49,294 nt of DNA from an uncultured Bacilli bacterium (GCA_944332695.1 CALVKL010000002.1:1-49294); one strand, 5' to 3'. Shown: positions 26,794 to 39,292, counted from the first letter of the stretch. Notes: generated by a model from the sequence alone, not told the origin. Translations and numbers: made by a program.

Positions 26794-27579
26794 TTAAACT
26801 TGTTTAAAAATATCTAATTTCGATTTAAAAATCTTTTTTTTATTAGTCAACGGATCGGTTACAATTAACTCATAAGCATGTAGGCATAATCTTTCGTACT
26901 TATAATTACCGTATTTCATATCACCTAAAATAGGGGTTTTATTATGACTTAACTGAACTCTAATTTGATGTTTCTTACCCGTTTTAATATTAATATCTAA
27001 ATAAGTATATTTGTCATTTTCTTTGATTTTTTTATATTCTGTGATTGCTAAAGCTCCTTTATTAGAAACATAAACAAAATGATTTTTATTTTCTTTTAAA
27101 TGATTTTTTAATACATCATTTTCTTTCGTTTTACCAACTACAATTGCTTTATATTTTCTTATAACCTTATTCCAATTTTTTTGATATAAATTTTTAATTT
27201 TCTCGTTTTTAGCAAATATTATTAATCCCGAAGTTTCCCTATCGAGGCGATGAATAATAAATATTTTATTGTTTTTATTACTTTTTTTGACATAATTGCT
27301 TACTAAATTATATAAAGTTAGATTATTAGTTCCGTCAGTGATAGTTAACATATTATAAGGTTTATCAATAACAATAATATTTTTATCTTCATAAATTATT
27401 TCAATTTCTTTAGATTTATTATATTTATTTATTTTAACTGTTTGATTTGACTTTAATGGATAATTATATTGAGTTATTACTTTATCATCGACTAATACTT
27501 GATTATTTTTTAATAATATTTTTGCTTTTTTTCTGCCATATTTATTTATTAAAAAATCTAATAAGTTTTCTTGCTTCAT
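26794..27579 (-). CDS. RluA-family RNA pseudouridine synthase with an S4-like N-terminal domain
   Basis: Catalytic motif HRLDRETSGL, and a downstream KKHQIRVQL. Confidence 0.88.
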   Translation of the reverse strand: MKQENLLDFLINKYGRKKAKILLKNNQVLVDDKVITQYNYPLKSNQTVKINKYNKSKEIEIIYEDKNIIVIDKPYNMLTITDGTNNLTLYNLVSNYVKKSNKNNKIFIIHRLDRETSGLIIFAKNEKIKNLYQKNWNKVIRKYKAIVVGKTKENDVLKNHLKENKNHFVYVSNKGALAITEYKKIKENDKYTYLDINIKTGKKHQIRVQLSHNKTPILGDMKYGNYKYERLCLHAYELIVTDPLTNKKKIFKSKLDIFKQV

Positions 27580-27582
27580 TTA

Positions 27583-29172
27583 TTAATCAATTCCATATTT
27601 TAAAATATATTCTTGATAAGGTATTTGTTTGTCTTTATAACTACCATCTGGTTTTATTTCAATTAATCTATTACTTACAGTCTCGATTAGTTCTTGATCA
27701 AATGTGGAAAATATAACAACACCCATAAATCTTTTTAAACTTTCATTTAATGATGTTATTGTTTCAATATCTAAATGATTAGTCGGTTCATTGAATAATA
27801 AAACATTACCTTTTTCTAACATCATTTTACTAAACATACATCTAACTTTTTCTCCGCCAGATAAAACATTTACTTTTTTAAATACTTCATCTAAAGAAAA
27901 TAACATTCTTCCTAAAAATCCTCTAATATAACTATCATCTTTATTATCGCTATATTGTTTTAGCCATTCAATCATTGTTGAATCATCAAAATATTCATCA
28001 TGATTCTTTTTAAAATAACTGATTTTTATATTACTACCAATTTTTATAGTACCGCTATAAGGTTCAATATTACCAGAAATTATATCTAATAAAACGGTTT
28101 TAGCTAATTCATTAGTACCTATTAAAGCTATTTTATCATTTGGGCGAATAGTTAAATTAAAGTCTTTTAAGATGTTTTTACCATCTATACTATAATTAAT
28201 TTTTTCTAAAGTAATTACCTCTTTACCAACATTTTTATCAAATTCAAAATTAATATAAGGATATTTCCGTGTTGAAGGTTTAATCTCATCTAAAACTATT
28301 TTTTCTAATGATTTTTTCCTTGATGTTGCTTGTTTTGATTTTGAGGCATTAGCTTGAAATCTTCTTATAAATTCTTCTAATTCTTTAATTTTTTCTTCTT
28401 TCTTTTTATTAGCTTCTTTCATTTGCTTTTGAATTAATTGGCTAGATTGATACCAGAAATCGTAATTACCAACAAATAAAGTGATTTTATTATAATCAAT
28501 ATCTAACATATGAGTACATACTTTATTCAAAAAATGACGATCATGCGATACTACTAATACTGTATTTTTAAAATTAATTAAAAATTCTTCTAACCATAAA
28601 ATACTTTTACTATCTAAACCATTGGTTGGTTCATCTAATAACAATATATCAGGTTGACCAAACAAAGCACTAGCTAATAAAACTTTTACTTTCTCACTAT
28701 CTTTTAATTCTTTCATTAATAGATTATGCTTATTATTATTAATTCCTAGATTACTAAGTAAAATGGCAGCTTCACTTTCGGCTTCCCAACCATTTAAAGA
28801 AGCAAACTCTTCTTCTAAGATAGCCGCTTGGATACCATCTTCATTAGTAAAATTTTCTTTCATATACAAATTATTTTTTTGGATCATAATTTCATATAAT
28901 TTGTTATTACCCATAATAACAGTATCAAGGACAGTATAATTATTATATTCATTATGGTTTTGTTTTAAGACAGAAATTCGTTCGTTTTTCCCAATTACTA
29001 CTTCACCTGTTGTTGATTCGATATTTCCTGATAATATTTTTAAAAAAGTAGATTTGCCAGCACCATTAGCACCGATTATTCCATAACAATTATTCCCATT
29101 AAACTCTAAATTAACATTTTCAAATAATGTTTTAGTATTAAATCTTAAACTCAAATTGTTTACTTTTAACAT
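27583..29172 (-). CDS. ABC-F family ATPase (two ABC domains, no TM domain)
   Basis: Two Walker A sites (GANGAGKST and a degenerate GTNELAKT), signatures (LSGGEKVR), and a basic inter-domain linker (KKEEKIKELEEFIRRFQANASKSKQATSRKK). Confidence 0.88.
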   Translation of the reverse strand: MLKVNNLSLRFNTKTLFENVNLEFNGNNCYGIIGANGAGKSTFLKILSGNIESTTGEVVIGKNERISVLKQNHNEYNNYTVLDTVIMGNNKLYEIMIQKNNLYMKENFTNEDGIQAAILEEEFASLNGWEAESEAAILLSNLGINNNKHNLLMKELKDSEKVKVLLASALFGQPDILLLDEPTNGLDSKSILWLEEFLINFKNTVLVVSHDRHFLNKVCTHMLDIDYNKITLFVGNYDFWYQSSQLIQKQMKEANKKKEEKIKELEEFIRRFQANASKSKQATSRKKSLEKIVLDEIKPSTRKYPYINFEFDKNVGKEVITLEKINYSIDGKNILKDFNLTIRPNDKIALIGTNELAKTVLLDIISGNIEPYSGTIKIGSNIKISYFKKNHDEYFDDSTMIEWLKQYSDNKDDSYIRGFLGRMLFSLDEVFKKVNVLSGGEKVRCMFSKMMLEKGNVLLFNEPTNHLDIETITSLNESLKRFMGVVIFSTFDQELIETVSNRLIEIKPDGSYKDKQIPYQEYILKYGID

Positions 29173-29181
29173 ATAATCCCC

Positions 29182-30912
29182 TTATTTAATACTTATACCT
29201 AATTCTTTTAATTGACTTTCATCAACTAAATTAGGGCATTCACTCATTAAATCATTAGCGCTAGCTGTTTTAGGGAATGCTATAACATCTCGAATATTAT
29301 CAGTATCGGTTAATAACATAGTTAAACGATCTAATCCTAAAGCTAAACCACCATGTGGTGGAGTACCATATTTTAAAGCGTCAACAAAGAAACCAAATTT
29401 TTCGTTTATTTGTTCATCAGTTAATTCTAATGCTTCAAACATTTTCTTTTGAATTTCTTGATCATGAATTCTAATAGAACCACCACCAGCTTCATAACCA
29501 TTAATTATAATATCATAAGCTTTTGAATAACAATTAGCCTTATCTACTAATAATTTATCAATATCACTATCTTTAGGTGCAGTAAAGGGATGATGAGCGG
29601 CTACATATCGTTTTTCTTCTTCACTATATTCAAAAGATGGAAAATCAACTACCCATAATAATTCGTAATTACTACTAATTAAATTTAATTGTTTTCCTAA
29701 TTTTAATCTTAAAGCTCCTAAAGCTTGTTTAGTAATACTTTTCTTATCTGAAATAATTAAAACTAAATCATTATTTTCTAAATTTAATTTTGTTTTTAAA
29801 TTATCTAATTCTGATTGACTAATCACTTTAGCTATACTGCCAGTTATTTCAGTATCTATTTTCAAATAAGCTAAACCTTTAGCTTTATAATTTTTAACAA
29901 AATCTGTTAATTTATCTAAATCTTTTCTCGAAAAAATATTAGCACTATTTTTAACTACCAAACAATTAATAATACCATTATTATCAATAGTGTCTTTAAA
30001 AATGGTAAATTCAGTATTTTTAAAAATATCTGTTATGTCATTTATTTTCATATCAAATCTTAAATCGGGTTTATCAGAACCATATAAATTAATCGCATCA
30101 TCATATTTCATTCTTTTTAATGGTAATTTGATGTCAATATTCTTAATTTCTTTAAAAACATAGGCAATTAATCCTTCTGTTACATTTATCACATCATCTT
30201 CATCTACGAAACTCATTTCGATATCAACTTGTGTGAATTCTGGTTGTCGATCAGCTCTTAAATCCTCATCGCGGAAACATTTGGCAATTTGAAAGTATTT
30301 TTCCATTCCACCAATCATTAATAGTTGTTTAAATATTTGTGGTGATTGAGGTAAAGCATAAAATTTACCATTAAATATTCGTGAGGGCACCAAGTAATCG
30401 CGAGCACCTTCTGGCGTACTTTTACATAAGATAGGCGTTTCTATTTCCAAAAAACCCAAACAATTTAAATATTCTCTTATTGCAAAAGCAATTTTATGCC
30501 TTGTAATTAGTTTACTTTGTATTTCTTTTCTTCTTAAATCTAAATAACGATATTTAAGTCTTGTATCTTCTAAAGCATTTGTATCGGTTAGAGAAAAAGG
30601 AATTTCAATACTAGTATTTAATATTTTTAAATAGTCAATCATAACTTCAATTTCACCGGTTTCAATATTGAAATTTTTATTTTCTCTTTCTTTTATTTTC
30701 CCAATTACTTTAATAACATATTCGCTTTTTAAACTTTCAGCTAAATTATAATATTTATTGTCGGGATTAACAACTAATTGAATAATCCCACTACGATCTC
30801 TTAAATCAATAAAAATTAATCCACCTAAATTTCTTTTTTTGGCAACCCAACCATATAATGTTACAACTTCATTAATATTTTTAATATTAAAATCTGTATT
30901 GTTTTTTTTCAT
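29182..30912 (-). CDS. aspS: Aspartate--tRNA ligase
   Basis: Class IIb motifs: FIDLRDRSGIIQ (OB fold), QSPQIFKQLLM, FRDEDLRADRQPEFTQ, and GGLALGLDRL. 576 aa. Confidence 0.95.
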   Translation of the reverse strand: MKKNNTDFNIKNINEVVTLYGWVAKKRNLGGLIFIDLRDRSGIIQLVVNPDNKYYNLAESLKSEYVIKVIGKIKERENKNFNIETGEIEVMIDYLKILNTSIEIPFSLTDTNALEDTRLKYRYLDLRRKEIQSKLITRHKIAFAIREYLNCLGFLEIETPILCKSTPEGARDYLVPSRIFNGKFYALPQSPQIFKQLLMIGGMEKYFQIAKCFRDEDLRADRQPEFTQVDIEMSFVDEDDVINVTEGLIAYVFKEIKNIDIKLPLKRMKYDDAINLYGSDKPDLRFDMKINDITDIFKNTEFTIFKDTIDNNGIINCLVVKNSANIFSRKDLDKLTDFVKNYKAKGLAYLKIDTEITGSIAKVISQSELDNLKTKLNLENNDLVLIISDKKSITKQALGALRLKLGKQLNLISSNYELLWVVDFPSFEYSEEEKRYVAAHHPFTAPKDSDIDKLLVDKANCYSKAYDIIINGYEAGGGSIRIHDQEIQKKMFEALELTDEQINEKFGFFVDALKYGTPPHGGLALGLDRLTMLLTDTDNIRDVIAFPKTASANDLMSECPNLVDESQLKELGISIK

Positions 30913-30930
30913 AAATAACCTCCTTAAATT

Positions 30931-31124
30931 AAAAAAATTCTATAAACATAAGGACGAATATATCGCGGTACCACCTTATTTCATAGAATCTATGCACTTT
31001 AATCGTTAACGTGATCACCCGTTTATTTAACGTTTACTGTCTTCTATATAACTATTAACTGATTTTCACCAACCATCAGCTCTCTAATTAAATCATTATA
31101 TGTACTCTTGCAAACAAATAATAT
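30931..31124 (-). promoter_or_regulatory. T-box leader (Asp specifier) controlling aspS
   Basis: The minus-strand RNA carries AGAGA (31081-31085) and a specifier loop GAAGACAG with a GAC codon (31039-31041). The T-box core AAGGTGGTACCGCG lies at 30964-30977. A long imperfect helix follows (30974-30989 pairing with 30937-30953), ending in T7 (30931-30937). Confidence 0.88.
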
Positions 31125-31130
31125 AAATAT

Positions 31131-31158
31131 ATTTTAACATATTTTAAAATCTTGTCAA
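31131..31158 (-). promoter_or_regulatory. SigmaA-type promoter of the aspS T-box leader
   Basis: Minus strand TTGACA (31153-31158), 16-bp spacer including TGT, then TAAAAT (31131-31136). Its -35 overlaps the -35 of the divergent small-ORF promoter. Confidence 0.55.
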
Positions 31159-31180
31159 TATTTTAGTAATATGGTATACT
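31152..31180 (+). promoter_or_regulatory. SigmaA-type promoter of the 43-aa ORF
   Basis: TTGTCA (31152-31157), 17-bp spacer ending in TGG, then TATACT (31175-31180). Confidence 0.6.
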
Positions 31181-31203
31181 TATAAAAGAAATGAGGGATA
31201 AAT

Positions 31204-31335
31204 ATGCGAGGTTTTGCTATGGCAGTATGTGGAATAACTATTTCTACTTTGCTATTTATTGTTTTAGGTAGTTTAATATTGTTAATGATGTTTTTGCGTT
31301 TTTTAACTAGAAAATTGATAATACCCCAAAGCTAA
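31204..31335 (+). CDS. Small hydrophobic protein, 43 aa (MRGFAMAVCGITISTLLFIVLGSLILLMMFLRFLTRKLIIPQS)
   Basis: Not in the ORF track. The RBS GAGGGA lies 7 nt before the ATG. A consensus-like promoter lies upstream and a hairpin plus T8 terminator downstream. The product has one long TM segment followed by a basic tail. Confidence 0.5.
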   Translation: MRGFAMAVCGITISTLLFIVLGSLILLMMFLRFLTRKLIIPQS

Positions 31336-31356
31336 AGTTGATCTTTAGTTTTTTTT
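31332..31356 (+). terminator. Intrinsic terminator of the 43-aa ORF
   Basis: CTAAAG (31332-31337) pairs with CTTTAG (31343-31348), followed by T8 (31349-31356). It overlaps the stop codon. Confidence 0.5.
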
Positions 31357-31375
31357 ATAAAAAAAATTAATGGAG

Positions 31376-34300
31376 TTAATCCATTAATTCTTGTTCTAAA
31401 GCTTCTAGTGGTTCATCATTTGAATATGGTATTTCTAAATCATACTCGGCTTTACGATACTTTTTAGCACCAGTTCCTGCTGGAATTAATTTACCGATAA
31501 TAACATTTTCTTTTAAACCGTTTAATTCATCTACTCGGCCATGTATAGCTGCATCAGTTAATATTCTAGTAGTTTCTTGGAAAGAAGCAGCCGATAAGAA
31601 CGAATCAGTTTCTAAACTTGCTTTAGTTATACCTAATAATACAGGACGACCTAAAGCCGGAGTTTTACCTTCCAAAATAAGTTGTTTATTAACGTCAGCA
31701 AAATGATTGATATTAACCATTGTACCTGGTAAATATAATGAATCACCAGAATTAATTATTTTAATTTTAGAAATCATTCTTTTTGCAATAATTTCAACGT
31801 GTTTATCAGAAATGCTAACACCTTGTGATTGGTATACTTTTTGAATTTCTAATAAAATATATTGTTGTACTGTAATAGGATCAGTTACTACTAATAATTC
31901 TTTTGGATTAATAGCACCCAAAGTTAACTTATCACCAGCCTCAACTTCTTGATTTAAACTAACATTTAATTTAGCTCCATAATTAGTTGTATGAACTTTA
32001 GTTTCAGCATCATTAGCAATCGTAATTTCAAATTTACCATTTTCTTCTTCAATTTTAGTAACTTTACCATTGATTTCAGAAATTGTTGCTTTTCCTTTTG
32101 GATTACGAGCTTCAAACAATTCTTGAACACGTGGTAAACCTTGAGTGATATCATCACCAGCAACGCCACCAGAGTTAATTGTACGCATTGTTAATTGGGT
32201 ACCAGGTTCACCGATAGATTGGGCTGCCATAATACCTACAGCTTCTCCTACTTCAACAATTGAACCAGTAGCTAAATTACGGCCATAACATTTACAACAT
32301 ACTCCATGTTCTGTTTTACAAGTTAAAACTGTTCTAATAGGTACTTTAGTTATACCTGCTTTAATAATTTTATCGGCTAATTGTTCAGTAATATAAGTAT
32401 TTTTTTCAGCAATAATATCTTTTGTTTCTGGATGAATAACTCTTTTACTAGTATAACGCCCAACAATACGATCTCTTAAACTTTCGACAACAGTATTATT
32501 CTTATCATCAATAAACGCTTCAACAATAACACCTTCACTAGTTTTACAATCTTCTTCTTTAACGATCATATCTTGTGATACATCAACTAACCTTCTTGTT
32601 AAATAACCAGCATCAGCCGTTTTTAAAGCGGTATCAACAGCACCTTTACGAGCACCGTGAGTAGCTAAGAAGAATTCTGTTACGTTAGCGCCTTCTGTAA
32701 ACGATGATGTAATTGGTATTTCAACAGCTTCACCAGTTGGTTTCATCATTAATCCACGCATACCAGCCATTTGGTTATAGTTACTCATATTACCACGAGC
32801 ACCTGAATCAATCATCATTGAAATAGAATTTTCTCTATGAGTTTTAATAAATCCTTCTAATTCGGCAGCAATTTTATTTTTGGCTTGATTCCATGCATCG
32901 ACAACATTATCATAACGTTCTTTATCAGTTATTAAACCTCGTTTAAATTGTTTGTTGATCATATCTACTTTAGCATTAGCTTCAGCTAAAACTTCTGGTT
33001 TAGTTTTAGATTCGATAATATCTCCGATACCTATTGAAATACCTGATAAAGTTGAATATTTAAATCCTAAATCTTTCATTTTATCAAGCATAACTGAAGT
33101 TTCAGTCGTTTGATATCTTTTATAAATCTGCGCAATTAATTTAGTTAATACTTTTTTACCAAAAGGTTTAACTAATTCCATTTTAGCGATTTCTTCTTTG
33201 ATATTTTTTCCATAGTCAATGAAGTATTTACTTGGTGTTATTTTTTCAATATTTTCTTCACTACCATCATTAATATATTGAAAACTGTCAGGGAAGATTT
33301 CGTTAAATAATAATTTCCCTGGAGTAGTAACTAAGTATTTATTTAAATATTTATCAGGGAAAATTTTGTGTTTGAATGATTTAGCTGGAATAGCGATACG
33401 AGTATGTAAAGTTATTTCTCTTCTTTCGTATGCCATTAATGCTTCATTATCATTTTTAAATACCCTACCTTCACCTTTTAAATTAGCTTTTTCGATAGTA
33501 ATGTAATAATTACCTAAAATCATATCTTGACCTGGCGTTACAATAGGTTGTCCATCCTTAGGTGACAAAATATTATTTGCACCTAACATTAATATTCTTG
33601 CTTCAGCTTGGGCTTCAGAAGAAATAGGAACGTGAACTGCCATTTGATCACCATCAAAGTCTGCATTAAACGCTGTACAAACTAATGGATGAAGTCTAAT
33701 ACTTCTACCTTCAATTAATTTAGGTTGGAAGGCTTGAATACCTAATCTATGCAAAGTTGGAGCACGGTTTAATAAAACAGGATGTTCTTGTATTTTTTCT
33801 TCAACAATGTCCCAAACTCTTTCATCTTGATTTTCAATCATCTTTTTAGCGGCTTTAATATTAGAAGCGATTTCTTTAGAAACTAAACCATTAATAACAT
33901 GAGGTTTAAATAATTCTAAAGCCATTTCCTTAGGAATACCACACTCATACATTTTAAGTGATGGTCCTACAACAATAACAGAACGACCCGAATAATCTAC
34001 ACGTTTACCTAATAAATTTTGTCTAAATCTTCCTTGTTTACCTTTTAACATACTAGATAAAGATTTCAAAGGACGATTACCAGCTCCAGTTATGTTTCTA
34101 CCACGTCTTCCATTATCAAATAAAGCATCAACCGCTTCTTGAAGCATTCTTTTTTCGTTTTGAATAATAATTGAAGGAGCACCTAGTTCTAATAATTTTT
34201 TCAAACGATTATTACGATTAATTACTCTTCGATATAAATCATTTAAGTCAGAAGTAGCAAATCTACCACCATCTAATTGAATCATTGGTCTTAGTTCAGG

Positions 34301-35011
34301 TGGAATAACAGGTAAAGCTTCTAAAATCATCCATTCAGGACGATTACCTGATTCTAGGAAGGCATTTAAAACATCTAATCTTTTAATTAATCTAATTCTT
34401 TTTTGATTAGTTGCATCTTTAATACTTTCAATTTCTTCTTTAATTGAATTAACTTCTTCTTCTAAATTAACTTGTTCAAGTAATTCTTTAATTGCTTCAG
34501 CACCCATACCTACTCTAAAGGAATTACCATATTTTTCATAATAACTACGATATTCTTTATCAGAAATAGTTTGTTTTTTCTCTAATGGTGCACTTCCTGG
34601 ATCTAAAACAACGTAGCTAACAAAATATAATACTTCTTCCAAATCACGTGGAGACATATCAAGAACTAAGCCAATTCTAGATGGAACGCCTTTAAAAAAC
34701 CAAATGTGAGAGCAAGGAGTTGCTAACTCAATATGACCCATTCTTTCACGTCTTACTTTACTACGAGTTACTTCAACTCCACAACGATCACAAACAATAT
34801 TTTTGTATCTTAAGCGTTTATATTTACCACATGAACATTCAAAATCCTTAGTTGGGCCAAATATTTTTTCACAAAATAGTCCATCTCGTTCTGGTTTTAA
34901 AGTTCGGTAATTAATAGTCTCTGCTTTTTTTACTTCGCCATAAGACCAAGAACGAATTTTTTCTGGAGATGCTATTGAAATTTTTAATCCTTCAAATTCA
35001 TTAATATTCAT
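31376..35011 (-). CDS. rpoC: DNA-directed RNA polymerase subunit beta-prime
   Basis: Zinc finger [23 protein letters not shown] and catalytic [12 protein letters not shown]. 1211 aa. The start overlaps the rpoB stop (TAATG). Confidence 0.98.
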   Translation of the reverse strand: MNINEFEGLKISIASPEKIRSWSYGEVKKAETINYRTLKPERDGLFCEKIFGPTKDFECSCGKYKRLRYKNIVCDRCGVEVTRSKVRRERMGHIELATPCSHIWFFKGVPSRIGLVLDMSPRDLEEVLYFVSYVVLDPGSAPLEKKQTISDKEYRSYYEKYGNSFRVGMGAEAIKELLEQVNLEEEVNSIKEEIESIKDATNQKRIRLIKRLDVLNAFLESGNRPEWMILEALPVIPPELRPMIQLDGGRFATSDLNDLYRRVINRNNRLKKLLELGAPSIIIQNEKRMLQEAVDALFDNGRRGRNITGAGNRPLKSLSSMLKGKQGRFRQNLLGKRVDYSGRSVIVVGPSLKMYECGIPKEMALELFKPHVINGLVSKEIASNIKAAKKMIENQDERVWDIVEEKIQEHPVLLNRAPTLHRLGIQAFQPKLIEGRSIRLHPLVCTAFNADFDGDQMAVHVPISSEAQAEARILMLGANNILSPKDGQPIVTPGQDMILGNYYITIEKANLKGEGRVFKNDNEALMAYERREITLHTRIAIPAKSFKHKIFPDKYLNKYLVTTPGKLLFNEIFPDSFQYINDGSEENIEKITPSKYFIDYGKNIKEEIAKMELVKPFGKKVLTKLIAQIYKRYQTTETSVMLDKMKDLGFKYSTLSGISIGIGDIIESKTKPEVLAEANAKVDMINKQFKRGLITDKERYDNVVDAWNQAKNKIAAELEGFIKTHRENSISMMIDSGARGNMSNYNQMAGMRGLMMKPTGEAVEIPITSSFTEGANVTEFFLATHGARKGAVDTALKTADAGYLTRRLVDVSQDMIVKEEDCKTSEGVIVEAFIDDKNNTVVESLRDRIVGRYTSKRVIHPETKDIIAEKNTYITEQLADKIIKAGITKVPIRTVLTCKTEHGVCCKCYGRNLATGSIVEVGEAVGIMAAQSIGEPGTQLTMRTINSGGVAGDDITQGLPRVQELFEARNPKGKATISEINGKVTKIEEENGKFEITIANDAETKVHTTNYGAKLNVSLNQEVEAGDKLTLGAINPKELLVVTDPITVQQYILLEIQKVYQSQGVSISDKHVEIIAKRMISKIKIINSGDSLYLPGTMVNINHFADVNKQLILEGKTPALGRPVLLGITKASLETDSFLSAASFQETTRILTDAAIHGRVDELNGLKENVIIGKLIPAGTGAKKYRKAEYDLEIPYSNDEPLEALEQELMD

Positions 35012-38000
35012 TACATAGCCTCCTTATCTATATCTTTTAAAACTTCATCAAAATTTTCTGGTTCTTCAAGGTCATCAAGCTCGTCTTCTAAATCTTCTTC
35101 AAAAGATTCTTCATTAACTTCTTCATTAATTTCTTCATTAGCTAGATCAATTGGTTCGATACTATTTTCAAATTCTTCAACGTTAACAAAGCCTTCTTGA
35201 TCCATTGCTTCGATTTCTTTCATATCGATTAATTTACCATTTTCAGATAAAACGCTAATATCTAAACCTAAGGCTTGGAATTCTTTAATTAATACCCTAA
35301 AGCTTTCTGGAACACTACTTGGTGGTAGTGGTTTTCCTTTGACTAAAGCTTCGTATACTTTAACACGACCAACAACGTCATCAGATTTGATAGTCATCAT
35401 TTCTTGTAACACATGCGCAGCACCATAAGCATATAATGCCCAAACTTCCATTTCACCAAATCTTTGGCCACCAAATTGAGCTTTACCACCTAATGGTTGT
35501 TGCGTTACTAATGAATAAGGTCCTGTTGATCTAGCATGTAATTTATCATCAACCATGTGGTGAAGTTTAATCATATACATAACGCCAACTGAAATTCTAT
35601 TATCAAATGGTTCACCAGTTCTACCATCATATAAAACCATTTTACCATCTTCATCTAAGCCCGCTTCTTTTAATGCATCAATAATTTCACTTCTAGTAGC
35701 ACCATCAAAAGCTGGTGTCATAACACGAATATTTAATTTTTTAGCAGCCGCTCCTAAGTGCATCTCTAAAATTTGTCCTATATTCATACGAGATGGAACA
35801 CCTAATGGATTAAGTAAAATATCAATTGGTGTACCATCAGCCATATATGGCATATCTTCTTTTGGTAAAATTAATGAAATAACACCTTTATTACCATGAC
35901 GACCAGCCATTTTATCACCAATAGAAATTTTACGTTTTTGAGCGATATAAACACGAACTATTTTAGATACACCAGCAGGTAATTCATCAGAATCCTCTTT
36001 AGTAAATATTTTAACATCATGAACAATACCTTCTCCACCGTGTGGGACTCTTAAAGATGTATCTCTTACTTCTCTTGTCTTTTCACCAAAAATAGCATGT
36101 AGTAGTTTTTCTTCACTAGTTAATTCTGCCATTCCTTTTGGCGTTACTTTACCAACTAGAATATCATCATCTTTTACTTCTGTACCTATTCTAACAATCC
36201 CATTTTCATCCAAATTTTTTCTTGCATCTTCGCCAACATTTGGAATATCTCTCGTAAATTCTTCTGGACCTAATTTAGTGTCGCGACATTCTATTTGATA
36301 ATCTTCAATATGAATAGACGTATAGACATCATCAGCGACTAATCTTTCGTTTAAAATAACAGCATCTTCATAGTTATATCCATTAAAGTTCATGAAAGCA
36401 ACAGTAACATTTTTACCTAAAGCCATTTCTCCCATGTCAGAAGAAGGACCATCAGCTATAACTTGGTCTTTTTTAACTATATCGCCAACTCTAACAATCG
36501 GTACTTGATGATAACAAGTTCCATTATTACTTCTTTCATAACCATTTAAATAATAAGTATCTTTATTTCCTTTTGTTTTGATAACTATTTTTCTTCCGTC
36601 AACATATTCAACAACACCATCAGCTAATGCGATAACAACTGAACCACCATCACGAGCTGCAATTGCTTCAATACCTGTTCCAACTAATGGTGCTTCTGTT
36701 TTTAATAATGGTATTGCTTGACGTTGCATATTTGAACCCATTAGAGCTCTTTTACCATCATCATGTTCCAAAAATGGAATTCCTTGAGTAGTAATAGAAA
36801 TAACTTGTTGTGGAGATACGTCCATATAATCAACTTTATTAGATTCAATGATAATATTATCGCCATGATATCTAACTGGAACTTTTGAATCAACAAAGCA
36901 ATTATTTTCATCTAAGTTTACAGTTGCTTGAGAAATATAATAGTCTAATTCCTCATCAGCTGTCATGTAAATAACTTTATCAGTTAATTTGCCATTTTCA
37001 ATTTTACGATACGGAGTCATAATGAAACCATATTCGTTGACTTTAGCATAACTAGCTAAAGCTGTAATAAGACCGATATTAGGTCCTTCTGGTGATTCAA
37101 TTGGACATAATCTACCATAATGTGATGGATTAACGTCACGAACATCCATACCAGCGCGATCTCTTGATAAGCCTCCTGGCCCCAAACTAGATAAACGTCT
37201 TTTATTAGCTAATTCAGCAATTGGATTAGTTTGATCCATAAATTGTGATAATTGACTTGATCCAAAGAATTCTTTAATAGCTGCTGTAAGTGGTCTAATA
37301 TTAATTAAACTCTTAGGAGTTACCTCAGCTATTTCTTGTGTACTCATACGATCTCTTATTACTCTTTCAATTCTCGATACTCCAATTCTAAATTGATTTT
37401 GTAATAATTCGCCAACTTGTCTTACTCGACGATTAGATAAATGATCAATCTCATCAAATGAACCGATTCCATCAAATAAATTTAAATAGTACGAAACTGA
37501 TGCATAAATATCTGAAATTGTTAATCTTTTTTCATTTATTTTTTGGTCATTACCGATAATATTAACCACTTTATCTTTAATAACATTACTATATACTTTA
37601 ACAACTTGAACCTTGTTATAACTATCTAATTCTTCATTAATTAAAACTTCTTTAACTCCATAACCACTATCAAAGATAGGCGTTAATTTTTCTAATAAAT
37701 CTTTAGTTACAACTTCGCCATTATGAGCAATTATTTCATCATTAAACGTAATATCTTCTGCTAATTTGCATCCTAATAGTCGATCTAAAACATTTAATTT
37801 TTTATTATATTTATAACGTCCAACTTTGGCTAAATCATATCTAAATGCATCAAAAAATCTAGTGATTAATTGATTTTTTGCACTATCTAAAGTTGATGGT
37901 TCACCTGGTCTTAATTTAGAATGAATATCAATTAAAGCTTCGTCGGTATTTTTATTTGTATCTTTTTCGATTGTTTTCATCAATAATTCATTTTCACCAA

Positions 38001-38634
38001 ATAAATCAATGATATCTTCATCACTATTTAAGCCGATTGCTCGTAGTAATGTTGTAATAGGAACTTTTCTAGTTCGATCAATTCGAACATAAATAACATC
38101 TCTTGAATCAATTTCATATTCCAACCAAGTTCCACGCGTTGGAATAATTTGACTAGTAATAGTAACACGCCCATTTTTCTTATCTACTTCTTTGCCATAA
38201 TAACAACTAGGAGAACGAACTAATTGTGATACGATAACTCTTTCTGCACCGTTAATAATAAATGTTCCTGTTTCCGTCATTATTGGCATATCACCTAAGA
38301 ATATTTCTTGTTCTTTTACTTCACCAGTTTCACCATTGAAAAGTCTTGCTTCAACTTTTAAAGGTGCGGCATAGGTTGCATATCTTTCTTTACAACCTTT
38401 AATTGAATATTTTGGTTGGTCAAAACTGAATTGTCCAAACTCTAACGACAAATTACCTGTAAAACTTTCTACAGGAAAAATATCATCAAATACTTCTTTG
38501 ATGCCTTCAGTCATAAACCAATTATAAGATTTTTTTTGAATTTCTAACAAATTAGAAAGTTCTATTGCATTTTTTGTTTTTGCATAATTTCTTCTTTCAC
38601 GATAATCGCCACATTTTTTGTTTGTATATGCCAC
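35011..38634 (-). CDS. rpoB: DNA-directed RNA polymerase subunit beta
   Basis: Rif-region [16 protein letters not shown], and [15 protein letters not shown] prefer the GTG at 38634 (VAYTNKK), preceded by AGGGGTGA. The track start at 38670 adds 12 unlikely residues. The C-terminus has an acidic tail. Confidence 0.97.
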   Translation of the reverse strand: MAYTNKKCGDYRERRNYAKTKNAIELSNLLEIQKKSYNWFMTEGIKEVFDDIFPVESFTGNLSLEFGQFSFDQPKYSIKGCKERYATYAAPLKVEARLFNGETGEVKEQEIFLGDMPIMTETGTFIINGAERVIVSQLVRSPSCYYGKEVDKKNGRVTITSQIIPTRGTWLEYEIDSRDVIYVRIDRTRKVPITTLLRAIGLNSDEDIIDLFGENELLMKTIEKDTNKNTDEALIDIHSKLRPGEPSTLDSAKNQLITRFFDAFRYDLAKVGRYKYNKKLNVLDRLLGCKLAEDITFNDEIIAHNGEVVTKDLLEKLTPIFDSGYGVKEVLINEELDSYNKVQVVKVYSNVIKDKVVNIIGNDQKINEKRLTISDIYASVSYYLNLFDGIGSFDEIDHLSNRRVRQVGELLQNQFRIGVSRIERVIRDRMSTQEIAEVTPKSLINIRPLTAAIKEFFGSSQLSQFMDQTNPIAELANKRRLSSLGPGGLSRDRAGMDVRDVNPSHYGRLCPIESPEGPNIGLITALASYAKVNEYGFIMTPYRKIENGKLTDKVIYMTADEELDYYISQATVNLDENNCFVDSKVPVRYHGDNIIIESNKVDYMDVSPQQVISITTQGIPFLEHDDGKRALMGSNMQRQAIPLLKTEAPLVGTGIEAIAARDGGSVVIALADGVVEYVDGRKIVIKTKGNKDTYYLNGYERSNNGTCYHQVPIVRVGDIVKKDQVIADGPSSDMGEMALGKNVTVAFMNFNGYNYEDAVILNERLVADDVYTSIHIEDYQIECRDTKLGPEEFTRDIPNVGEDARKNLDENGIVRIGTEVKDDDILVGKVTPKGMAELTSEEKLLHAIFGEKTREVRDTSLRVPHGGEGIVHDVKIFTKEDSDELPAGVSKIVRVYIAQKRKISIGDKMAGRHGNKGVISLILPKEDMPYMADGTPIDILLNPLGVPSRMNIGQILEMHLGAAAKKLNIRVMTPAFDGATRSEIIDALKEAGLDEDGKMVLYDGRTGEPFDNRISVGVMYMIKLHHMVDDKLHARSTGPYSLVTQQPLGGKAQFGGQRFGEMEVWALYAYGAAHVLQEMMTIKSDDVVGRVKVYEALVKGKPLPPSSVPESFRVLIKEFQALGLDISVLSENGKLIDMKEIEAMDQEGFVNVEEFENSIEPIDLANEEINEEVNEESFEEDLEDELDDLEEPENFDEVLKDIDKEAM

Positions 38635-38701
38635 TCTTTCACCCCTATATACTATAATTGCAACGTACATGTCACCAATTTATAATTTTAACAAATTACA
38701 G

Positions 38702-39292
38702 TCAATCTGTCAATTGTTTTATTGCGCGAATTATAAAAAAACCTTTGTTTTTTGTAATAATACTAGTTTCGTACTCTAAGGATAAGTCTTTCAAAATACT
38801 TTTAGCCCCCTGATCCTTATTTACTACTAACCATAATTCGCCATTTTTATTTAAATTTTTCTTTGCTTCAAATAATAATTGATACAGTATTTTTTTCCCG
38901 ACTCTAATTGGCGGATTGGTAATTATGTAATCATACTTTTTATTTATATTGCTATATAAATTACTTTCAAATATATTAACTATCACATTATTTAAGTCGG
39001 CATTTTTACTAGCTAGTTCTAAACTTCTTTTGTTAATGTCAATCATATCAACTGATACTTTATATTTTTTAGCTATATAAATACCAATTGGTCCATAACC
39101 ACAGCCAATATCTAAAACATTTCCCTTTATTTCTAGTAAGTTTTCTAACAAGGTTCTTGTACCAAAATCTAATCCTTTTTTAGAAAAGACACCATTATCG
39201 GTATAAAAAGAAAAAGGAAGATTGTTTATGATTACATTTATTTTTTTTACTTTACTTGTTAAAGTATTATCATTAGTAAAATAATAACTCAT
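38702..39292 (-). CDS. Class I SAM-dependent methyltransferase (RsmC/YbxB-like, between rplL and rpoB as in Bacillus)
   Basis: SAM motif VLDIGCGYGPIG and substrate motif IITNPPIR. I prefer the ATG at 39292 (MSYYF), preceded by GAAAGGAAGAG. Confidence 0.82.
   Translation of the reverse strand: MSYYFTNDNTLTSKVKKINVIINNLPFSFYTDNGVFSKKGLDFGTRTLLENLLEIKGNVLDIGCGYGPIGIYIAKKYKVSVDMIDINKRSLELASKNADLNNVIVNIFESNLYSNINKKYDYIITNPPIRVGKKILYQLLFEAKKNLNKNGELWLVVNKDQGAKSILKDLSLEYETSIITKNKGFFIIRAIKQLTD

Noticed and set aside
31095-31100. TATAAT on the minus strand, first taken as the T-box promoter -10
   Set aside because: It has no acceptable -35 at 16-18 bp. A better promoter (TTGACA-16-TGT-TAAAAT, 31131-31158) lies upstream, so this hexamer is probably just part of the leader.
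35011-35140. Highly acidic C-terminal tail of RpoB ([31 protein letters not shown])
   Set aside because: Acidic C-terminal tails occur in RpoB of several low-GC lineages. There is no evidence of anything beyond lineage-specific low complexity.
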